In this document: piece by piece, positions 57,692 to 64,000 of the stretch
Numbering within the stretch: position 1 is the stretch's first letter
How the letters are laid out: the number at the start of each line of letters is the position of its first letter
From: an uncultured Candidatus Saccharibacteria bacterium
Lineage (GTDB): Bacteria; Patescibacteriota; Saccharimonadia; Saccharimonadales; Saccharimonadaceae
DNA length: 64,000 nucleotides
Direction of reading: 5' to 3'
NCBI GenBank assembly: GCA_947302125.1
Contig: CAMYUL010000001.1
Span: 54,258 to 118,257, forward strand
Notes under the pieces: model-generated
The model's input: the letters and a program-made list of their open reading frames with translations, nothing else
What the model was told of the DNA's origin: nothing
Database searches by the model: none
Program-made: the position numbers and the translations under genes

Positions 57692-57757
57692 GGTTTAATT
57701 ATAGCATAAGAACTTACAAAAAACGGGGAAAAAGAAGCTTTGAAAGTGGTGCTGGGA

Positions 57758-59446
57758 TTATTTTAGAGACTTCAACGCTTTCATGAAATGATAGAAGAGT
57801 GGGTGGACGGCGAGAGGGCGAGACTTGAACTCTGGGTGAGCCTGAGTGGCGATGAAGAAGGTCTTGTCCGGAGCTTCGACGAATTCGACAAGCTTTCCGT
57901 CTGGTGAAGTGCCGGAGACCACGAGGCCGCCTTTTTCGATTTCTTTTAAGAATTTTTGATTGACCTCGTAGCGATGACGATGGCGCTCGATAACTTTGAC
58001 CTTGCCGGATTTTTGGATTTCGGTGCCATCGATGTAGCACTTATCTTCGTATTCTTTCTTGTAAATTGCGGCGACCTTAGACTTAGCCTTCAAGATGGCT
58101 GGATAGTCGCCGAGGCGCATGGTGCCGCCAGTAGATTCTTTGCCTTGTTGGTCTTCCATAATATAAATGACGTTCTTGAAGTTCTTTGGCTTCTTGAAGT
58201 TCTCGTCGTTTAAGAACTCTTCGGAGCCGGCGCCAGGGAGACCGCCACGACGGGCGGCGGCAATACAAGCGGCCTGCAGACCGAGGCAGAGGCCGAGGTA
58301 TGGCTTGTCGTGCTCTAGGGCGTAAGTAGCAGCGGCGATCTTGCCTTCGACGCCGCGGAGGCCGAAGCCACCAGGAACGACGATGCCGTCGACGCTTTCG
58401 AGGGCGCTGAGGGATGCTTTATCATTATTGGCGAGCTCTTCGGCATTGATCCACTGGATGTTGAGATTGACATCTTGATGGGCGGCGGCAGCTTTTAAGG
58501 CTTCTGTAACGCAGATGTAAGTATCCTCATTGCCGACGTATTTGGCGACGAGACCGACGGTGACGGTCTTGTCATGCTCTTTGTTGCGCATTTCGGAGAA
58601 TTTTTCCCAGCGCTTCATATTTGGCTGCTTGTCATCGCCGACAAAGTCGTTAAGAATCTGAAGAACACCAGACTTTAAGACGTTAAATGGTACGTCGTAA
58701 ACGCTGTCGATGTCGGGAAGATTGACCACAGCGTCGCCGGAAATGCCAGAGAAGGCGGCAATTTTCTCACAGATGCTTCTAGGGCAAGGCTTCTCGGTGC
58801 GAACACAGACGATGTCAGGAATGATGCCGAAGCCGCGGAGATCCTTAAGTGCATTTTGAGCAGGTTTGGTTTTGAGCTCCTTGGAGGTATTGATCCATGG
58901 AACATAAACTACGGAGAGATAAAGACAGTTCCAGCGGCCAACTTTGTTGGCGAAGAGACGAATGGCCTCAACGAAAGGAAGACCTTCATAGTCGCCGATG
59001 GTGCCGCCGATTTCTACAATATGAATGTCAGAGTTAGCGGAGGCTTTGGCAATTTTTTCTTGGACAAGGTCGGTAAAGTGAGGGACGAGCTGAACGGTTT
59101 TGCCATGGAAGCCGCCAGAACGTTCTTTTTCGATGAGCTCTTTATAGATGCCGCCGGAGAGAGTGATAGAGTATTTATTAGTTTCAAAATCGAGGAAGCG
59201 CTCGTAATGGCCGAGGTCGAGGTCGGTCTCGACACCGTCATGAGTGACGAAACATTCGCCGTGCTCAACTGGGTTCAAAAGGCCGGCGTCCACGTTAAGA
59301 TATGGATCGCATTTTTGCATAGTAACTTTGTAGCCCTTGGCTTTCAAAATGGCGCCCATGGATGCGGCAGTGATGCCCTTACCGACACCGGATAAAACAC
59401 CACCGGTCACGAAAATATATTTGCATTGTTTATTTTTGTTTGTCAT
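57758..59446 (-). CDS. pyrG: CTP synthase
   Basis: KYIFVTGGVLSGVGKG, DLDLGHYERF, KTKP, GLCLGLQ, RHRHRYE, QAHPEF. Confidence 0.98.
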   Translation of the reverse strand: MTNKNKQCKYIFVTGGVLSGVGKGITAASMGAILKAKGYKVTMQKCDPYLNVDAGLLNPVEHGECFVTHDGVETDLDLGHYERFLDFETNKYSITLSGGIYKELIEKERSGGFHGKTVQLVPHFTDLVQEKIAKASANSDIHIVEIGGTIGDYEGLPFVEAIRLFANKVGRWNCLYLSVVYVPWINTSKELKTKPAQNALKDLRGFGIIPDIVCVRTEKPCPRSICEKIAAFSGISGDAVVNLPDIDSVYDVPFNVLKSGVLQILNDFVGDDKQPNMKRWEKFSEMRNKEHDKTVTVGLVAKYVGNEDTYICVTEALKAAAAHQDVNLNIQWINAEELANNDKASLSALESVDGIVVPGGFGLRGVEGKIAAATYALEHDKPYLGLCLGLQAACIAAARRGGLPGAGSEEFLNDENFKKPKNFKNVIYIMEDQQGKESTGGTMRLGDYPAILKAKSKVAAIYKKEYEDKCYIDGTEIQKSGKVKVIERHRHRYEVNQKFLKEIEKGGLVVSGTSPDGKLVEFVEAPDKTFFIATQAHPEFKSRPLAVHPLFYHFMKALKSLK

Positions 59447-59585
59447 AGTGGCACCTCCTTTAAGCCCACCATTAATAATACTCTTTTGCTTTATTTTAGC
59501 ATGGGCGATTTAATTTTTACAAGACTTTTTTCGAGCTTTTTTATGGGGGTGGCGTGCGGGGGCAAAATGTGGTAAAATTGTAGCA

Positions 59586-61337
59586 ATGGAAGAGATTTCG
59601 GATAGACTTTCTAATGTGATAAAGCAGCTTTTTGATGTCGATTTTGTACCAGAGGTGACGGTCGCTCCAGAAAATATGGGAGCGGATTACTCGACAAACG
59701 CAGCAATGAAATTAAACGGTATACTTAAAGATAAGCGCGAGGGTGTAAACCCGCGGGCTATTGCGGATGAGATTACTAAGGCTATATCTGCTGATAGGAG
59801 TTTTCCGTTTGATGTAGAGGTGGCCGGTCCGGGTTTCTTGAATTTTATATCACGAGACGAATATTTTAAGCAGAAATTGGCGGATTTGCGGCTGAATTTC
59901 GAGAAAAATATATCACAGGACGAATATTTGGGTAAGACTGTGGTTTGTGAGTTCTCCGATCCGAACCCGTTTAAGGTGTTACATGTCGGACATTTGTATA
60001 CTTCGATTGTTGGAGACTCGATTTCTAGACTAGTGGAGTTTGCTGGTGGCCGCGTAGTGCGGGCGAACTTTGGCGGGGATGTGGGGCTACATGTAGCGAA
60101 GACTTTGTACGCGCTCACATCGTCAGCCGATACTTCGTTAGCGGATGCGCTTCTCGCTTACCGTACTTCAAGTACGGCTCGCTCCGATGCTCCCGCTGCC
60201 TCGTCTCAGCTTGACGCTGAGAGCGCTACTGCGGTTGTTAACATTTTAGCAAAATGCTATGTGGAGGGGACAAGAGCGTATGAGGATGATGAGGCTGCAA
60301 AAGCAAAAATCGTAGCGATTAATAAAGAAATTTACGAAATTGTTTCTCAGGACATTCATGAGGGCAAGCTCGCGGAGCTATATTGGATTGGTCGCGAGGC
60401 GAGCTATAAATATTTTGAAGATTTTTACGCTAAGATTGGCGTGAAGTTTGATAAGTATTATCCGGAATCGATGGTAGCTGGGCTAGGGCTTTTGAAGGTC
60501 CGTGAAGGTTTAGCTGCTGGCGTGTATGAAGAAAGTAAGGGCGCGGTGGTATTCCCGGGTGAGAAATATGATTTGCATACGCGCGTGTTTATCAATGCGG
60601 AGGGGCTACCGACTTATGAAGCGAAGGATGTGGGATTGATTTTCAAGAAATGGGAAGATTATCATTTTGATAAGTCGATTGTGATCACGGGAAATGACAT
60701 TATTGATTATATGAAGGTGGTACTAAAGTCGGTGTCTTTGATGGCGCCGGAGCTGGTTGAACGGACGATGCATATTACGCATGGGAATGTGCGGCTGCCG
60801 GGAAATGAGAAGATGTCATCAAGGAAGGGAAACTTTATTAGGGCCATAGACGTTTTGGAAAGTGTGGAAGAAGCAGCTGGCAATGAGCAGATTGCGCTTT
60901 CGGCAATTAAATATGCGTTTTTGAAATATAAAATTGGTGGAAACATCGAGTTTGACGTGAAGGAAAGTGTTTCGACGACGGGGAATTCCGGTGTGTATTT
61001 GCAGTATTCGGCAGTACGTGCGAAGAAGATTTTGGCCGGGATTGCTACGGGCGAAGTTAACTTTGAAAAGTGGGCTTTGACTGAGTACGAGAAAAAGCTG
61101 ATTAGAAAGTTATGTGAGTATGTGCATGTGCTTCATGCTGCGGTAGTGGAAACTGCTCCGCACAAGATTGCGGCGTATTTGTATGAGACCGCACAAGAAT
61201 TCTCGAGATTCTATGAGAATGTAAAGGTGGCTGGAAGTGAATTTGAAGCAGAGCGAGCAGAGCTGGTGGCTGCGTATCTTGAAACTATGACGCATGGATT
61301 AAACTTACTAGGGATTTCTGTCCCGGAGGAAATGTAA
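59586..61337 (+). CDS. argS: Arginine--tRNA ligase with an in-frame palindromic insertion
   Basis: DYSTN, GPGFLNF, EFSDPNPFKVLHVGH, KMSSRKG, YLQYS, LLGISVPEEM. Confidence 0.96.
   Translation: MEEISDRLSNVIKQLFDVDFVPEVTVAPENMGADYSTNAAMKLNGILKDKREGVNPRAIADEITKAISADRSFPFDVEVAGPGFLNFISRDEYFKQKLADLRLNFEKNISQDEYLGKTVVCEFSDPNPFKVLHVGHLYTSIVGDSISRLVEFAGGRVVRANFGGDVGLHVAKTLYALTSSADTSLADALLAYRTSSTARSDAPAASSQLDAESATAVVNILAKCYVEGTRAYEDDEAAKAKIVAINKEIYEIVSQDIHEGKLAELYWIGREASYKYFEDFYAKIGVKFDKYYPESMVAGLGLLKVREGLAAGVYEESKGAVVFPGEKYDLHTRVFINAEGLPTYEAKDVGLIFKKWEDYHFDKSIVITGNDIIDYMKVVLKSVSLMAPELVERTMHITHGNVRLPGNEKMSSRKGNFIRAIDVLESVEEAAGNEQIALSAIKYAFLKYKIGGNIEFDVKESVSTTGNSGVYLQYSAVRAKKILAGIATGEVNFEKWALTEYEKKLIRKLCEYVHVLHAAVVETAPHKIAAYLYETAQEFSRFYENVKVAGSEFEAERAELVAAYLETMTHGLNLLGISVPEEM
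60107..60229. repeat. Imperfect palindromic element inside argS
   Basis: Nested arms GCGCTC/GAGCGC, CGTCA/TGACG, AGCGG/CCGCT, CCGTACT/AGTACGG. Confidence 0.75.
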
Positions 61338-61897
61338 TGAAAAAAGCGACACTCTTATGGGTAGATCTAGAAATGACTGGACTATATCCAGGCCGTGACA
61401 AAATTATTGAAGTGGCGGCGATTGCGACGGATTGGAAACTGGAAAAAGTTGCAGAATATACTGGCGTGGTGAAGGTTTCTGAGCGATTTATGAAAAAGCA
61501 AATGGTGGGGCCGTTTTGGGAAGCAAATGCGGAGTCGCGCGATGCTTTGATTGCGCAGAATGCTAAGGGGTTGCCGATTGCTGAGATCGAGGATCAGTTG
61601 CTAGAGTTTGTGGTCAAGAATTTCCGGAAGCAGAGCATCGAGAAGGATGCGAAGGGCGCTGGTAAGATTATTCTAGCGGGGAATTCGATTCACCAAGACC
61701 GAAAGTTTATTGATATTGAGATGCCAAGATTAGCCGCTAAATTGCATTACAGGATGCTGGATGTGTCGGCGTGGAAAGTGTATTTTGAGGGGGCGATGAA
61801 TAAGAAATTTGTGAAGCGGGAGATGCACCGGGCGCTTGATGATATTGAGGGGAGCATCGAAGAGCTGAAATGGTACCTAAGTTTTATGAAGAAATAG
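61337..61897 (+). CDS. orn: Oligoribonuclease
   Basis: LLWVDLEMTGL, IIEVA, LAGNSIHQDRKF, LHYRMLDVS, HRALDDI..SIEEL. Confidence 0.95.
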   Translation: MKKATLLWVDLEMTGLYPGRDKIIEVAAIATDWKLEKVAEYTGVVKVSERFMKKQMVGPFWEANAESRDALIAQNAKGLPIAEIEDQLLEFVVKNFRKQSIEKDAKGAGKIILAGNSIHQDRKFIDIEMPRLAAKLHYRMLDVSAWKVYFEGAMNKKFVKREMHRALDDIEGSIEELKWYLSFMKK

Positions 61898-61909
61898 GAG
61901 TGTGTTTTG

Positions 61910-62284
61910 ATGATGGAATTTGATCTTACTAAGGTTTCTGGAATTGATACTTCGATTGTGCTGTCTGAGAAAATGACGGTGGGTGAGGGTGACGACGCGG
62001 AAGAGATTTTGGTATATAAGGTGCCGGTTGATGATACGGCGGACAAGGCGGACTCGGTGGACTTTGTAGACGAAGGGCCGAGAGCATTTCTAGTGCTTCG
62101 GAAAAATACGCTGGAAGTGAGGACGGACAGGAAGCTTTTAAACTTGCTCCGGGAAAAATACGAGAGCGTAATGGAAAGCCGCTACTTTGGGCGTGGGGGA
62201 ATTGAGATTGTAAATTCTGGACAGCTGACGGACGAGGAGATTTGCGATCTCGTGCGGTTGTCTTATGATATGAGTCGGGAATAA
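61910..62284 (+). CDS. MmcQ/YjbR-like protein
   Basis: VYKV..F..LLREKYESV...L.DEEICDLVRLSY pattern. Confidence 0.65.
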   Translation: MMEFDLTKVSGIDTSIVLSEKMTVGEGDDAEEILVYKVPVDDTADKADSVDFVDEGPRAFLVLRKNTLEVRTDRKLLNLLREKYESVMESRYFGRGGIEIVNSGQLTDEEICDLVRLSYDMSRE

Positions 62285-64000
62285 TTACCTTAGTATGCAA
62301 CGGATATTATAACCGCTGGCCTTGTTGGCTGCGTACCTAGGTCTGACTTCGCTGCTATAGAAATCAAAACGATAAGCATTAGATGCATCGTTGGAGGATG
62401 CAGTCCAATAATAACCACTTTGGTTAATCCAATCAGTTGCGCCATTCCAATATAAGCCGGCTGGGTTAAATATGAGAGGCTCGGCTTGGATTTTGGCGAG
62501 GTTTGTTGCCCCGTAAGTAGAAGCTAAATTTTGGTAGCTTTTATTGCCGGTGCTATCTGGGAGTTTCCAGCCTTTAGGACAGATACTGGATGGGGCGTCG
62601 GCGCTAATTATACTTGAGGTGCCGGTGCCGGCTGTAGCGGTGTACCAGTTGTACCAGTTGCCATATGTCGTATTATTCCTGTCAAATATATGCGTCTGGT
62701 CTGGTGTGCTATTCCAATTTTGCCCGGCGGAGTTGATAATGTCTGCAGAATCAACAGTGTAGTTTGTTAATATGTCGGAGTCTGCTGGTGTTAAATCGAT
62801 AGATTGACCGTAAGCGCCTAGTCGTAAGTTTGAGACCATCCAACAGTTGCCGTCGGCGAGTTTTCTGACCGTGTAGGAGTTGGAATCTCTAGTATCGGTT
62901 AGGGTGTTTTGTGGAACATAAGACGCGTCGCCGATGTGACTGCCGTTGGCATCTGTGGTAGTTGCGGAGGATGCCGGAGTAGTGGCAGCAGCGCAGATTT
63001 CTGGCGTCATTTCTTGCATAATATTAATGTCCCACAGGGTTTTTTGGTTGGCGACGCAGCGGATTTGGTGACCGCGGGCTTTGTTAGTATCCGTTGTTGG
63101 TCCATAACCACCGTAGTCTGCGGTAGTGTAATTTATTGTATATGCTTTAACATCTGCAAGTGCAGTTCCAGACCAAGGCAAGTAATATTGCGTTGCAATT
63201 GATCCGTTTGTATATAATCCGGTGTTTGTGGCGCCAACTGGCGTTGTAAAGACGTTGCCGGAATAAAGATCCCACACCCGTCTGCCTTCGCCAGTGGTAT
63301 CATTACCCTTTGGCAAGTGCCAGCCCTTAGGACAGATAGAATACGGAGCATCTCCCGATGTCATATTGAAAGTGCCGCTTTTTGCTGTAGCGGTATACCA
63401 GTTATAATAAACCGTCCAGGCGTCCTTTTTATAGATATTAAATACGTTTGTAGTTGCAGCTGTGGTTTGCGCGTTCCAGTTTTGTCCAGCTGAAGTTTGA
63501 GCGAGTGGCAAAGTGAATGGTTCACCGGAATAATCGGAAGTTTCACTGTTGATTGTAAATGTTTGAGTGCCGCTTCCTAAGGCTAGGCTGCTTGTCATCC
63601 AGCAGTTACCATCGGCTAGTTTTCTAATAGTATATCCACTGTCGTCTCTGACGTCGCGCAGGAAGCGCTGAGCAACATATGGGCCACCGTCACTGGCATT
63701 GTCATAGTCACCATTTGCGTAGCCTGTTTCATCCACAATGATTGCAGCATTTCCCGTCACGTTGCCTGGCGTATAAACCGAAGCGCAAACTTCAGGGGTC
63801 ATCTCCTGCATGGTAGTAATAGTCCAGAAAGCCGGAATTGCTGGCGGAAGCTCATTAGCCACAGCTGTAAAGACTAACTTATTCTTATAGGTGCCTGATG
63901 GAATATCGTTGTTTACGTTAACATTAATACCAATAGTAGTCATAGAGGAGTCACTAGGCTCCGTAACGTCATCTCTAATAGTGTCTGGAGTGCCATGAGT
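62285..64000 (-). CDS. Surface protein with stalk and two FISUMP domains (5' end outside window)
   Basis: Frame stays open to the window edge; two DGNCWM..YNWYTATA..ICPKGW..RC domains. Confidence 0.85.
   Translation of the reverse strand, partial: THGTPDTIRDDVTEPSDSSMTTIGINVNVNNDIPSGTYKNKLVFTAVANELPPAIPAFWTITTMQEMTPEVCASVYTPGNVTGNAAIIVDETGYANGDYDNASDGGPYVAQRFLRDVRDDSGYTIRKLADGNCWMTSSLALGSGTQTFTINSETSDYSGEPFTLPLAQTSAGQNWNAQTTAATTNVFNIYKKDAWTVYYNWYTATAKSGTFNMTSGDAPYSICPKGWHLPKGNDTTGEGRRVWDLYSGNVFTTPVGATNTGLYTNGSIATQYYLPWSGTALADVKAYTINYTTADYGGYGPTTDTNKARGHQIRCVANQKTLWDINIMQEMTPEICAAATTPASSATTTDANGSHIGDASYVPQNTLTDTRDSNSYTVRKLADGNCWMVSNLRLGAYGQSIDLTPADSDILTNYTVDSADIINSAGQNWNSTPDQTHIFDRNNTTYGNWYNWYTATAGTGTSSIISADAPSSICPKGWKLPDSTGNKSYQNLASTYGATNLAKIQAEPLIFNPAGLYWNGATDWINQSGYYWTASSNDASNAYRFDFYSSEVRPRYAANKASGYNIRCILR
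63861..64000 (-). repeat. Exact repeat of 56973-57112 (shared stalk sequence)
   Basis: 140 nt identical by eye, running to the window end. Confidence 0.92.

Noticed and set aside
1..64000. A complete DGR cassette (RT, template repeat, avd) in the window
   Set aside because: No ORF with RT motifs and no non-coding AAC-rich copy of the variable windows was found by eye; only putative targets are supported.
1..64000. Alternative genetic code (TGA recoding as in Gracilibacteria/SR1)
   Set aside because: Core genes translate full length in code 11, and TGA terminates ORFs (e.g. at 41031).

Overview
Origin region of a small-genome bacterium, most likely Saccharibacteria (TM7, Patescibacteria/CPR); this is inferred from gene content, not from a search. 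It holds yidC-rnpA-[ABC pair]-rpmH / dnaA-oriC-dnaN-recF. Next comes a host-interaction type IV secretion-like locus: two multidomain peptidoglycan hydrolases with partner proteins, VirB4-, PrgI- and VirB6-like genes, and six VirB2/TrbC-like pilins. Four tRNAs and scattered housekeeping genes follow (valS, argS, pyrG, tsaD, orn, purE, comF, femAB-like). Strongest signal: three large surface proteins with tandem Fib_succ_major (FISUMP, C-type-lectin-fold) domains. In one, the two near-identical domains differ almost only in a terminal 53-codon window, at codon positions 1-2 of NNC/NNT codons. This pattern is expected of diversity-generating-retroelement (DGR) variable regions, and one such region is internal. 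No RT or template is visible in this window. The paralogs also share stalk and head modules in mosaic fashion. Also notable: a ~120-nt palindrome translated in frame inside argS, two nested palindromic intergenic elements with a shared motif, tRNA-Arg(GCG), widespread leaderless-type promoters and a three-gene orphan paralog array.
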